Shown here piece by piece: positions 35,101-44,488 of a stretch of 64,000 bases of DNA. The stretch lies in IMG/VR virus record IMGVR_UViG_3300037721_000031, positions 192,001 through 256,000 of that record. One strand, written 5' to 3'. The first letter of the stretch is position 1. Every line of letters begins with the position of its first letter. The DNA comes from a virus (taxonomy: Duplodnaviria > Caudoviricetes). A program made the translations under genes and the position numbers. The notes under the pieces are model-generated. The model was given only the letters and a program-made list of their open reading frames with translations, searched no databases and was not told the origin of the DNA.

Positions 35101-35778
35101 CTAGTCCAGAATCGAGTCAATAACAAATCCTGTCCAAGGTCCAATTTTGACTTCACCAGCTTCATTCTTAGCACGCAATTCGTCTGCTGTAAAATATCCA
35201 ATTAGATTCATTTCAGAAGCAGACGGATCTAACTGCCAACTATTCGGCACTATAATTAATTCCATTAGTCCAACATGGACTCTACCCATTTGACTACCGT
35301 TATTAGTAATAACACCGTAATGAAGTCTTTCTGACGCTACTAAAGCGCTACCGTGTAATCCAATCTCTTCACTAAGTTCACGGTCTCTTGAATTACGAAC
35401 AGTTTGATCTAAGTTAATCTCACCATTTTCAAAACAAGTTATATCTTTAAAATCAACATGTCCACCACAGTCTAGTCTCAGTAATCCACTCATACGTGAT
35501 TCTCCGCTGGAGACAGAAGAGCGGTACGCCAGGAAACGTAAACTCTTAAGGTCACACGGATCACCTTTGGCTATAATGGCACATGCTATAATCTGGCGAT
35601 AAGCTTCATTCGTTTCAAGTTCTTGCCTGCGCCGAATAGCCAAATGTCCACCAGCGCCACTGATAAACTCACGTAACGTCATCTCCGTATTAATACCACT
35701 GGATAACTTCAAAGTATCAGAAATATACGAGTTATCGATAGCGAGGATAGCTTCTGGATTCTTAATTGTAATATTCAT
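35101..35778 (-). CDS. Nudix hydrolase (COG4112/YmaB-like), paralogue B
   Basis: YRQII, ESRMSG...CGGHVD, RELSEEIG, VHVG. Confidence 0.8.
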   Translation of the reverse strand: MNITIKNPEAILAIDNSYISDTLKLSSGINTEMTLREFISGAGGHLAIRRRQELETNEAYRQIIACAIIAKGDPCDLKSLRFLAYRSSVSSGESRMSGLLRLDCGGHVDFKDITCFENGEINLDQTVRNSRDRELSEEIGLHGSALVASERLHYGVITNNGSQMGRVHVGLMELIIVPNSWQLDPSASEMNLIGYFTADELRAKNEAGEVKIGPWTGFVIDSILD

Positions 35779-35811
35779 GATAAGTTAATGTTACTCAGTA
35801 ATAGATTCAAA

Positions 35812-36321
35812 TTAGTTGAACACAAGACGAAAAGCTTTAAACCAAAGATCAACTCGAACAAACCAGCTGCCTTTGTTTTTACCGAATCCAACGCGAAGCA
35901 TTCTATTATTAGAATCAAGAGGAATCAACGTGAAAAACTTGACTACTTCTTTCTTTGACTCAGATTCTTTAGAAGTTAGAAACCTATTCCTTAAGGCAGC
36001 AATCTCAGCTATAGCTCCATCATGACCTTGAACACCTAAGTGTTCTAAAAGATCTCTATAGCGACTATTCACACTCTCTAAATTGGCTACATTATTTAGA
36101 TGTTGACAATATTCATTAATACTGTCTCTGCGTACATAGAGTTCGTTAACCCTATCAAGCCCGAGGTATGCCCTATCACTGTTAGGATCTCCAGGGCCGC
36201 GCTCTCCACCTAGTGCGTGCATTTCTCCAGATGGAGAAACAGCTAGAGTCACTGTTACCCATCCTGGCGAATATTGTTCATTGCTGGTTGACGGTTTACA
36301 GCATTCTTTTTCATCACTCAT
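35812..36321 (-). CDS. Hypothetical mosaic protein
   Basis: 169-aa ORF; LGVQGHDGAIAEI and GFGKNKGSWFVRVDLW segments. Confidence 0.7.
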   Translation of the reverse strand: MSDEKECCKPSTSNEQYSPGWVTVTLAVSPSGEMHALGGERGPGDPNSDRAYLGLDRVNELYVRRDSINEYCQHLNNVANLESVNSRYRDLLEHLGVQGHDGAIAEIAALRNRFLTSKESESKKEVVKFFTLIPLDSNNRMLRVGFGKNKGSWFVRVDLWFKAFRLVFN

Positions 36322-36351
36322 AAAAGCTTTCTAGTGTAAGATATTTCACTC

Positions 36352-36379
36352 TGTAGTCGATTCTACAGAATCGACTACA
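36352..36379. terminator. Intergenic hairpin
   Basis: tgtagtcgattct-ac-agaatcgactaca. Confidence 0.6.
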
Positions 36380-36391
36380 AGTGTCTTACAT

Positions 36392-36649
36392 TTACATTTG
36401 AGGAACAATATTTAACAACCTATATCCTAGACGTTCACGAAATGTCAGTCTACGAAAGCTACCATCTAAAGAGTAAAGTTCTAGATGACCATTATTATCT
36501 CTGAGATTAACACACCTCTTAGACAGACAGTATGATAACTCATTTAGAAGTCGTTTAATTTTAATTTGTGACTTATCTAAATCGCCTGTTACATTCTGTA
36601 CTTGATTAATAAGACTAGAATCTCTTTGATAGTGTGTTACTGGCAACAT
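36392..36649 (-). CDS. Hypothetical protein
   Basis: 85-aa ORF, AGGAG upstream. Confidence 0.7.
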   Translation of the reverse strand: MLPVTHYQRDSSLINQVQNVTGDLDKSQIKIKRLLNELSYCLSKRCVNLRDNNGHLELYSLDGSFRRLTFRERLGYRLLNIVPQM

Positions 36650-36691
36650 TCATATCTCCTTAGATATGTCAAATATTAGATCTTTTTGATA

Positions 36692-36970
36692 TTAGACTGT
36701 AGGATAAAGTTCTTCAGGATTGTAAGATATTTTAACTGAAATTTGTTTCATTCGTTCAATCTTAGCTTTAATTTGAATCGCATGAACCTCACGGTATTCT
36801 TGTTTCAGTGACAATTCACGAAAACCTGGAATACCGCAAGAGGTACAACATGTTCCACCATTATCCCAGAACTTCTTTTCAGCAGCAGAAAGTTCTTTAT
36901 CGACTTTATGAATCTTCAGATAAAGATTCCTGAGCTCTTGTTCCAACAGCTGTATCTTACTCACAGACAT
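36692..36970 (-). CDS. Hypothetical coiled-coil protein with CCxxC
   Basis: 92-aa ORF; TCCTSCG between helices. Confidence 0.65.
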   Translation of the reverse strand: MSVSKIQLLEQELRNLYLKIHKVDKELSAAEKKFWDNGGTCCTSCGIPGFRELSLKQEYREVHAIQIKAKIERMKQISVKISYNPEELYPTV

Positions 36971-36984
36971 AACAGTCTCTTATA

Positions 36985-38193
36985 TTAAACTGCTGGAGAA
37001 GGATATTTAACAGCAGGGTGTGGATTATATCCCAATACTTGAAATTCACAATCGTTGATTCCAGACCAATCAGTATCATTACCTGTATTAGTAATCAGAA
37101 GTACTGGATACTGACGAGGAGTCCGTTCCATTTGTTCTTTAAACAACTCAATTTGATTAACATAAACATGTGCATCACCCACCACATGGATGAAATCACC
37201 AGGCATCATGTCTGTTTTAAGAGCAATGAGTTGAAGAAGAGCCGCATAGCTAGCGATGTTAAAGGGCGCGCCAAGGGGAGTGTCCATGCTGCGCTGGTAT
37301 AGTTGCATCGATAAACGCTTGAGTGGCAACCAATTACCAACGTAATCATCATCACTCACTAGTTCTTTAAAATTATGAAACTCTACAGAAACCTGTTGAT
37401 GAAGATTAGAGAAATGTGTTGTCTTCTTACTCTGATCATCTAGTTCGTCAAGAGACGCATTAGCGTCACGCATGCTTTCAAACTTAGCTTTGGCAACGTG
37501 AATATCGAAGTCAATCGCCTTAAGAATATTCTCGTAATTTGCAGTACGATTCTCAATAGCTTCTTTACGTGACATTTCTTCCACAAACAACTGAAAGAAT
37601 GTGTGACATGCAGCTAGAGCTTGACGACCATTAGCGGCATTCTGTTTCGGACTAACAGTCTCATCAGGTAATACAGAAGGAGCCCATGCAGACACAAGGT
37701 GACGACGTGAGAACGGACGAATCCTCAGGTCATTCAAGAGACCTTGTAACTGATCAATAGGTTTGTAACTAGGATCACTAACTAGCTGCATGATAACATC
37801 GTAAACGCCAGACCCAGTATTTACAGCTGACTGCATCGCGTTTTGCAATACATTAACTGGTACTCCATTCGGGAAACGACGCCAGATTTCACCGTAGATA
37901 GGACCACAATCGCCATTCTCAGCAGCCCATTCATCCCAGATATGAACGTTCTTATCAGTCAACGTCTTGATATTGGTTTCACCATTGATAAACCACTTGA
38001 GTTCTTCAAAGATACCACGGGTAAATACCTTCTTAGTAGTGATAAGAGGGAACTCACCCTTAGATAGGTTAAACCTCATCTGGTGACCAATAATACCTAC
38101 CGTATTAATGCCGGTACGATTTACCTTCAAGCGCCCGTCCTTCAAGATACGGCGGCCGAGTTCTTCGTACTGTGAATAGTTAGAGTTGTCCAT
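36985..38193 (-). CDS. thyA: Thymidylate synthase with insertions
   Basis: K.NRTG..T, PLITTKK, ELKWFI.G.TN, IWDEWA, GP.YG..WR, SRR..VSAW, LAACH, YQRS.D..LG.PFNIASY, GDAH.Y.N. Confidence 0.95.
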   Translation of the reverse strand: MDNSNYSQYEELGRRILKDGRLKVNRTGINTVGIIGHQMRFNLSKGEFPLITTKKVFTRGIFEELKWFINGETNIKTLTDKNVHIWDEWAAENGDCGPIYGEIWRRFPNGVPVNVLQNAMQSAVNTGSGVYDVIMQLVSDPSYKPIDQLQGLLNDLRIRPFSRRHLVSAWAPSVLPDETVSPKQNAANGRQALAACHTFFQLFVEEMSRKEAIENRTANYENILKAIDFDIHVAKAKFESMRDANASLDELDDQSKKTTHFSNLHQQVSVEFHNFKELVSDDDYVGNWLPLKRLSMQLYQRSMDTPLGAPFNIASYAALLQLIALKTDMMPGDFIHVVGDAHVYVNQIELFKEQMERTPRQYPVLLITNTGNDTDWSGINDCEFQVLGYNPHPAVKYPSPAV

Positions 38194-38210
38194 ATTTAGT
38201 ATTCCTTTAC

Positions 38211-39338
38211 TTACTTAGTAGGTCTGAATGCTTCTAAGATATATTGATTAATGTTCTGCCGGAGTTGTTGTGTTCCACTGTACGTAATAGCAATATCAGT
38301 TAGTTCACTAACAATCCTAGCAATCTCATGATCTTTGAAATCTGTACGTGTCCTTACAACTGTTCCAGATACGTTTGGAATTAAATAGGTAACGCCACTA
38401 TAATTGACTTTCTCGGAATTTACTTCTTGCTCCTTACTCTGAATAGGTTTCTTATTAAAAGTCTCAGGAGTATTATTCTGAAGAAATTCACAATGCCCAC
38501 CGTAGGCTTTACTCCACTCGTTGTAAGCTGTACTTATTTCTTCATCTAATTGACTAAATGCACTCTCATCAGGCGTAATCAACCTATTATAAAGCCTGTC
38601 ACGTGAGAGACGTACTTCGTTCAACTTATTTGATAGCGACTCAAGAGTTTGTTCATACTGTCTACGACGAGAGAAGTATGTTTCCTCAAGAACCATACTC
38701 TCTACAAACTTATTACAGCTAGCTACCAGCTCATCAACTGTACCATTATTCTCAATAATGGTAACACGAGAAGAATCATCGGCTAGTCTAGTTACAGTAC
38801 GTTCAGACATACCTTTACTAATACGTTGCTTGATATCTGATTCTAGATTATCGAGATGATTAGCACCACTACGTGCGGAAATTCTACTGTTTGCAATGCT
38901 TTGATCAGCTCTAACATAGATCACGTGATCTGGATCAAAGCTTTTCAATATTTCTTTATGGATTGCTTTTACTTCTGAGAGCAATTGACGACCATATCCT
39001 TGATAGGCATAAGTGGAATCAATGAATCGATCTGTCAGGACAATCGCACCACGCTTCAAAGCAGGGATAATTACTTCATGAATGGTCTCATTATGAGAAG
39101 CTAAGAACAACAGGAGTTCTGAAGTAGGTTGTAATACATTGTTTAAAAGAATCTCTCTTAGCTTCTCACCAGTCGGTGTACCACCAGGTGCTCTAAAAGT
39201 TACCAGTTCGTGATGTGGAAACTTCTTCTTAATAGCATCTGCTACGATTTTCGTAGTATCGGTCTTCCCGCAGCCGTCTACACCTTCTACGGCCAAAAAC
39301 ACACCAGGGTATCTATTACCCTTAGACGTAATATTCAT
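38211..39338 (-). CDS. tmk: Thymidylate kinase with C-terminal extension
   Basis: EGVDGCGKT, PGGTP.GE.LR.ILL, E.LLF.A, DRFIDST.AYQG. Confidence 0.9.
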   Translation of the reverse strand: MNITSKGNRYPGVFLAVEGVDGCGKTDTTKIVADAIKKKFPHHELVTFRAPGGTPTGEKLREILLNNVLQPTSELLLFLASHNETIHEVIIPALKRGAIVLTDRFIDSTYAYQGYGRQLLSEVKAIHKEILKSFDPDHVIYVRADQSIANSRISARSGANHLDNLESDIKQRISKGMSERTVTRLADDSSRVTIIENNGTVDELVASCNKFVESMVLEETYFSRRRQYEQTLESLSNKLNEVRLSRDRLYNRLITPDESAFSQLDEEISTAYNEWSKAYGGHCEFLQNNTPETFNKKPIQSKEQEVNSEKVNYSGVTYLIPNVSGTVVRTRTDFKDHEIARIVSELTDIAITYSGTQQLRQNINQYILEAFRPTK

Positions 39339-39461
39339 TTGTTTATCCTACAGAGTAATTTAGCTATACAAATTTATTATCTTTCTTATCCACACATAAG
39401 GTAGTCATTTCGTGTAAAAAAAGTTAGTCTGTATAAAAGACGGCAAAAAAAAATAAATGAG

Positions 39462-39488
39462 AGCACTAGGGGGTAACCCCCTAGTGCT
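39462..39488 (-). terminator. Intrinsic terminator
   Basis: agcactaggggg-taa-ccccctagtgct with an A9 tract at about 39445. Confidence 0.8.
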
Positions 39489-39505
39489 TCCAAAACCAAC
39501 CACGA

Positions 39506-40330
39506 CTAGCTCTTGATAGGATCGTGAAAAGCTGCTGAAGCCCTATCACGAAGTCCACTGCGGATTGGATGCATTGTGGCAGTTGGCGCCGGCTTTGCAG
39601 GGATGCCGCGATACGCGTATTCCGTAACGCTATTTGCCTGCTTGGCCAAAGCAGAAAAACGACGTGTGAAAATAGCAATCTTCAAATCACTCACCTGCAC
39701 GTAGCCCGTGGCTGGTTCGATATCAATCAGGCCATTCGGTGCAGCATGAGTGATCGACAACTCATGACTGTCACCGATGACTAGTGCGCGCCAAGTATAG
39801 TTAGTTGTCAGAGCAGCAACCTTACTACGCACTCGGTCCATCGACAGAAAGTGAGCGTTACCACTCTGATCGATCACCGCCATCTGTGATGCGAAGTAAG
39901 AGAAGTTCTGTCCACGTGTTCTGGCCATACTGGAGTTTGCATCCACGTCATTGACGTGAAGCAAATAGTCAGTCAGGTTGTACGATGAACTACCAGAGAT
40001 AACTTTCACGGCAGCCAGAAGTATGTCGTGAACCAGCGTCAGATTCGAGTTGATCGGACGATGTACTTCGCCGTCGAACCAGAGGTTGTTCACGCCAGTC
40101 AAAGCGTGGCCAGATAGTGCTTCGTAGACAACTTCTTGAGCCAAGTCCACAGTGCGCATTACACCATCGCCGCTGGTGAGTATTGTCGGCTGCATTGCGA
40201 CAACTGCTGATGTCTTCTGCGAGCCAGGCTGCGCATGCGGAAGATGCCAGCCATTTCCACCCTTGGCCTCCGCAGCAATCTTCATGTTGGCCAGTGTTTG
40301 GGTGAACTTACCGAGATTCATGATCGACAT
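39506..40330 (-). CDS. Hypothetical protein
   Basis: 274-aa ORF, AGGAG upstream. Confidence 0.8.
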   Translation of the reverse strand: MSIMNLGKFTQTLANMKIAAEAKGGNGWHLPHAQPGSQKTSAVVAMQPTILTSGDGVMRTVDLAQEVVYEALSGHALTGVNNLWFDGEVHRPINSNLTLVHDILLAAVKVISGSSSYNLTDYLLHVNDVDANSSMARTRGQNFSYFASQMAVIDQSGNAHFLSMDRVRSKVAALTTNYTWRALVIGDSHELSITHAAPNGLIDIEPATGYVQVSDLKIAIFTRRFSALAKQANSVTEYAYRGIPAKPAPTATMHPIRSGLRDRASAAFHDPIKS

Positions 40331-40356
40331 TATATCTCCTGAGAAATAGTGAACTT

Positions 40357-40396
40357 ACCATGCTGTAAGACTCTATTGCATGTCTTACAGCATGGT
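40357..40396. terminator. Intergenic hairpin (second at about 40403-40428)
   Basis: accatgctgtaagac-N10-gtcttacagcatggt. Confidence 0.6.
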
Positions 40397-40431
40397 ATTT
40401 GAGTTAGGGTCTATCACTAGACCCTAATCTG

Positions 40432-40722
40432 TTAGCCCTGATCCGGACTCAGTGCAGTGATATTGTACGGGCTTGTCTTCATGATAAGATCAAAACCCCG
40501 CCTGCAAGAATCTGTTGCATTCTCCATGGCTTCACATGCTGCATTAGACGCCATGATGTCGACACCTTGTGCAGCTATGTACATATGTGCGATTGCTTGA
40601 CCGAGCTTGAAGTGACGAGTAGTTGGAGATTCAGATTGATGAGCCATGATCCGAGCCTGAATGTCCAAAGAGGCACTGGATTGAGCCTGCCCTGAAGAGG
40701 ATTGATTTTGATCCATGTACAT
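40432..40722 (-). CDS. Hypothetical protein
   Basis: 96-aa ORF, AAAGGT upstream. Confidence 0.7.
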   Translation of the reverse strand: MYMDQNQSSSGQAQSSASLDIQARIMAHQSESPTTRHFKLGQAIAHMYIAAQGVDIMASNAACEAMENATDSCRRGFDLIMKTSPYNITALSPDQG

Positions 40723-40803
40723 GATTTACCTTTCGATGTGAGTGAGTAAAAGAGTAATAACCTGTGAAATCTTAGTCGGATTTCACCACATGAGAGTCAA
40801 TGT

Positions 40804-40893
40804 CTACTTCTTCCAATTCTTGTAGATCATGACACCAGCAGCGAGAGCAACCCAACCGATCAAACCAATAATACCAATTTGTACTGCATCCAT
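40804..40893 (-). CDS. 29-aa single-TM peptide (MDAVQIGIIGLIGWVALAAGVMIYKNWKK)
   Basis: Hand translation; AGGAG upstream; basic C-terminus. Confidence 0.6.
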   Translation of the reverse strand: MDAVQIGIIGLIGWVALAAGVMIYKNWKK

Positions 40894-40969
40894 AATTTTC
40901 TCCTAGATGTTAATTTCAGAACTAGAGGGACTTACAGACAGGTGTTTAAACACCTGTCTGTTTTATCAA

Positions 40970-41527
40970 TCAGAAATTGTCTTTGAGGTACTTATCGATC
41001 TTCTGGTTTTTCTCCTCTTGATAAATAGCGTCTGCCGCATGCCTGAAAGATTCCAGGTCCATGGATTTATTCGAATGCATTTTAGATACAGCATCCAAAT
41101 AGTCCACAGTGGAAAACGCAGCAGCATCATTCACACAGATCAGAATGTACGCGAAAGACTCCAGCAACACCTGACGGTCTTTCATGCCGGTAGGTAGATG
41201 TATCAGACGAACGGTCAGATCAATCCCTGATGAATGATTGTCTTCAAAAGAAACATGAAAACAATCCTCATTAAGAGTACCGGCAACCGAGTATCTGATA
41301 TTGCTCAACAGAGACCAACGCAAAGTCTCTTTTCTACGCGGAGACTGAAGAATATCGTCGTGGATCTGCGAGATACGACCATGGCACAAGACGTCGTTCA
41401 CATTACTCTTGAATACGCCATCGGGAAACAGCCTATCAAGCCAGCGACTAACTGTTCTGCCGGAGTTCCCGGTCAGTGCCGCAATGCGAAAAGACTCTGT
41501 GATCAAATCAATCTTGACTGCATTCAT
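40970..41527 (-). CDS. Hypothetical protein
   Basis: 185-aa ORF, AGGAG upstream. Confidence 0.75.
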   Translation of the reverse strand: MNAVKIDLITESFRIAALTGNSGRTVSRWLDRLFPDGVFKSNVNDVLCHGRISQIHDDILQSPRRKETLRWSLLSNIRYSVAGTLNEDCFHVSFEDNHSSGIDLTVRLIHLPTGMKDRQVLLESFAYILICVNDAAAFSTVDYLDAVSKMHSNKSMDLESFRHAADAIYQEEKNQKIDKYLKDNF

Positions 41528-41624
41528 TTTGAACTCCTTGTTAAATTGGATGATTTAGAATAAATCACTTAAACATAAACATTCTCTACACTGCAGACAC
41601 AGGGTATCCACAGTAGAAAGCTCG

Positions 41625-41849
41625 TTACTCTTCAATGTTCAAGCGCTTGGGAGCTTCCCTGAATTCAGGTTGACGACCCCACCGAATGATAGTGTCTTGC
41701 TTGTACTTGACGAAATGCACGACATTACAAACACTGAATACAATGTCGTTGCTCTTATCCAATTGCCACTTGAAGAGCCAATACGCGAAGCGCAGTCTGT
41801 TTACAGCTACCCATGCCTTCAACTTCATACGGAGAATAAAGAAATTCAT
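41625..41849 (-). CDS. Hypothetical protein
   Basis: 74-aa ORF in run. Confidence 0.65.
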   Translation of the reverse strand: MNFFILRMKLKAWVAVNRLRFAYWLFKWQLDKSNDIVFSVCNVVHFVKYKQDTIIRWGRQPEFREAPKRLNIEE

Positions 41850-41928
41850 GTGTCGCTTTCAAAATGAGGTTTCAGAAGACTAGGTGGTTACTAGTGGGTA
41901 TGTCTGAATATACCCACTAGCATTCTGC

Positions 41929-42204
41929 TCAATGTATCAAAGAAGACCAGGCAATGAATTCAGCTTTCACAAGAGTCGCATGACTATCTTGTTCAGCAGC
42001 TTCCAAAGTTTCTAAGCATGCTAAAAGCCAGCCTAGAAATTGACCTAGAGTCAAACCTTTCATGTAACCTTTTACTGGGCGGGTACACCACAGTGCAGGG
42101 TACATCATGACTCCGGTATCAGTCCTGGTTTCCGTAAAATGGATAGCGCTCTTGTATTCTTCAGAATTTTTATCCAGATTAGAAATTCTTGAGGCAAGAT
42201 TCAT
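41929..42204 (-). CDS. Hypothetical protein
   Basis: 91-aa ORF, GAGGT upstream. Confidence 0.7.
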   Translation of the reverse strand: MNLASRISNLDKNSEEYKSAIHFTETRTDTGVMMYPALWCTRPVKGYMKGLTLGQFLGWLLACLETLEAAEQDSHATLVKAEFIAWSSLIH

Positions 42205-42252
42205 GATTCACCTCTTACTGTTAGAGTGCCTTGAGAGACTTTTTTGTATCTG

Positions 42253-42498
42253 TTACTTGGCTTCGCAAAGTTCCTTGCGTACGAGACGAACCGGCTCAGT
42301 GTCTGTGGCCGGAATACCGCACAGCTCCACCTGGAAGTTGGCCACGGTGATGGTCAGCATCTGGTAGGGGGCCGGCTTAGAAATGTTCAACCCGACTTGC
42401 TTCAGAGACTCTTGAGTCAAAGGTTCTGAGGCCTGGGTGGCGGACGTTGCCATGATGAGAGCGGCAACCATGGCGATGGACTTGGTGATGTTACGCAT
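42253..42498 (-). CDS. Small exported protein
   Basis: Signal peptide MRNITKSIAMVAALIMATSATQA; two Cys; GGAG upstream. Confidence 0.7.
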   Translation of the reverse strand: MRNITKSIAMVAALIMATSATQASEPLTQESLKQVGLNISKPAPYQMLTITVANFQVELCGIPATDTEPVRLVRKELCEAK

Positions 42499-42553
42499 GA
42501 TGATTCTCCAGATGAGGAAGTTGATGTTTCGTTGAGTGACAGGTAACGTTGGA

Positions 42554-42748
42554 TTAGCGCTTGTTCTTGGACGACTTACGACCCATCAGGGTTGCTGCTA
42601 CGGCGAAGACGACAACAGCGATCGCCACTGCACCGACACCGGCATAAATGCCGTTGATCGGGAGCTGGGTGTTCATGATCGACGTCTCACGAGGAGTAGC
42701 CGAACTGCAGAACATGCAAACGGACTGGGTGGTAGCTTGGGTGGTCAT
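42554..42748 (-). CDS. Single-TM small protein
   Basis: GIYAGVGAVAIAVVVFAVAATLM followed by GRKSSKNKR. Confidence 0.65.
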   Translation of the reverse strand: MTTQATTQSVCMFCSSATPRETSIMNTQLPINGIYAGVGAVAIAVVVFAVAATLMGRKSSKNKR

Positions 42749-42814
42749 TTGATTCTTTCAAGTGATTGATGACGGAGTGTAACTGGACGGACAAACAGAT
42801 AACCGACTACTGAA

Positions 42815-43096
42815 TTACAGCTTACGCACTACAGTAGCAGGACCATGAAATTTCTTCTCGAGCCAATTCATGAATGCCGAAGAAGTGATCTGGTGCATAC
42901 GCAGATTGCACCGCAACTCACGACCGGCTTTATTGGAAAGCTTTTCGAATTCACGGAAGTATTGGTCTGCGATATCTTTACGCATGTCGTATTGAGGCAG
43001 GTCTTTATATCGCTCTGCAAACTTACTTGAAGCATGTGCAAGTTTGTGAATATTAATCGCTTTTTTCACAAGTTTCTTGTAACGATGCATTCCCAT
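42815..43096 (-). CDS. Basic hypothetical protein
   Basis: 93-aa ORF, AAGGA upstream. Confidence 0.7.
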   Translation of the reverse strand: MGMHRYKKLVKKAINIHKLAHASSKFAERYKDLPQYDMRKDIADQYFREFEKLSNKAGRELRCNLRMHQITSSAFMNWLEKKFHGPATVVRKL

Positions 43097-43171
43097 AATG
43101 TTTCCTTTTCTGGTTGGATTAAGTGGTCATTATAGTTATTAGACTCTAATGACCACCAATGCATTGACGAA

Positions 43172-43780
43172 TCACTCTTCCTTGAAGGTAATCACTGGAG
43201 TGAGCTTCTTGACAGACGTGATCTTGCGATGGTAAGTATCTTCATGGTCGTTTGCTTCATGCTTGATACGCACAAAACGAATGACCTCGCCGCCACTTTC
43301 ATCAAGCACCATGTCGACGCCGGATGAACGGAGCTTCTCGTGCAGATGTTCCTTGGGCATGTGGCTGAAGCAATGTTCCCACGCTTCGAACATCATTGCT
43401 GTGATCGGTGACTGAACACCGTCGGAACGCCAGCAGCTATCGTGATTACTGGTATTCTTCCAGCTTTCCAACGGGATGTCCTTGAGCCCAAATGCCTTAC
43501 CATTCACAATGGCCAGGAACACACGGTGATCACCAGTAATCAAGAAGTGCATTTCCTTCCTGAAATGACGCTTCCACTCCGGACGACGGGTGCTGCCATC
43601 AATCTCATAGCCACTGTTTTCTGCCGACACCACCAATACCAGATGCAGAGCGACGCTGTAATCCTTCACGAAATCATTGTCAGCGTAGTAGCGCTTATCT
43701 TCCTTGCACAGCACCATGTTCTGACGACGCACTTGGTCGTAGATATTGGAAATGGCGTCGGCGAAGTTGTAGGAGATCAT
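43172..43780 (-). CDS. Hypothetical protein
   Basis: 202-aa ORF, AAAGGA upstream. Confidence 0.75.
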   Translation of the reverse strand: MISYNFADAISNIYDQVRRQNMVLCKEDKRYYADNDFVKDYSVALHLVLVVSAENSGYEIDGSTRRPEWKRHFRKEMHFLITGDHRVFLAIVNGKAFGLKDIPLESWKNTSNHDSCWRSDGVQSPITAMMFEAWEHCFSHMPKEHLHEKLRSSGVDMVLDESGGEVIRFVRIKHEANDHEDTYHRKITSVKKLTPVITFKEE

Positions 43781-43853
43781 AATCTATTTCCTTTGGAGTG
43801 GCATTAGTCACTCTTGTGTTAGAATGACTAATATGTCGTTGATGAGACCAGGC

Positions 43854-44360
43854 TTAGAACTTCCTGAATACTGTCAGATGTGCAACACCGTCGGTGTCCT
43901 TAGAGATCGGTGGCGTAATCAAGACATTCATGGTGTATTTCTTGTCCAAAGACTTTCTGATAATGAAACCACCCATAGGCGTGACCTCATAACCAGTCAC
44001 ACTACGGTATCCGGTTACAGCACCTGCAAACGCACCGTAGTGCTCAGAGAGCATCCACTCCCTGGCAATATACGCCGCCGGTTTACGATATGAATTGTAA
44101 TACATACCGGCAGACAGACCTTCCATCAAGCCAGAGTCCCAACGGTAGCCAAACCCTATGTTTAAGTTGTTATATCCAGGGATCTCACGAGTACGAACAG
44201 TCTTTCTTCCAGACGGGCTGACTGTTTCCGAAGTCTCAGTACTGTCACTGTTATGAGCAGAGTGCAGTGACACAGTGTGGATGATCAGTTCGTCTGCTTG
44301 AGCACTGACAGAGAAGCCAACGGCACACAAAAGAATAGCAATGATGCGAAACATTTTCAT
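43854..44360 (-). CDS. PagP-like outer-membrane beta-barrel protein
   Basis: Signal peptide; SLH, YNNLNIGFGY, MYYNSY, GAVTGY, TPP, C-terminal F; alternating hydrophobic strands. Confidence 0.6.
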   Translation of the reverse strand: MKMFRIIAILLCAVGFSVSAQADELIIHTVSLHSAHNSDSTETSETVSPSGRKTVRTREIPGYNNLNIGFGYRWDSGLMEGLSAGMYYNSYRKPAAYIAREWMLSEHYGAFAGAVTGYRSVTGYEVTPMGGFIIRKSLDKKYTMNVLITPPISKDTDGVAHLTVFRKF

Positions 44361-44488
44361 TCCTAAAGGTTGGGCACAACGTTACAAACTCTAGATAACA
44401 CTTACGATTATTTATCTAGAGTTTGTACTCAAGTTGATCTATTATTATCTAGATCAACTTGGGCTTATCTTACGTAATTATCAACAGA

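Noticed and set aside
36985-38193. Intein or group I intron in thyA; dCMP hydroxymethylase identity
   Set aside because: The insert is in frame and lacks intein termini; the td-type insertion site (LG.PFN) is uninterrupted; Asn rather than Asp at the specificity position indicates dUMP
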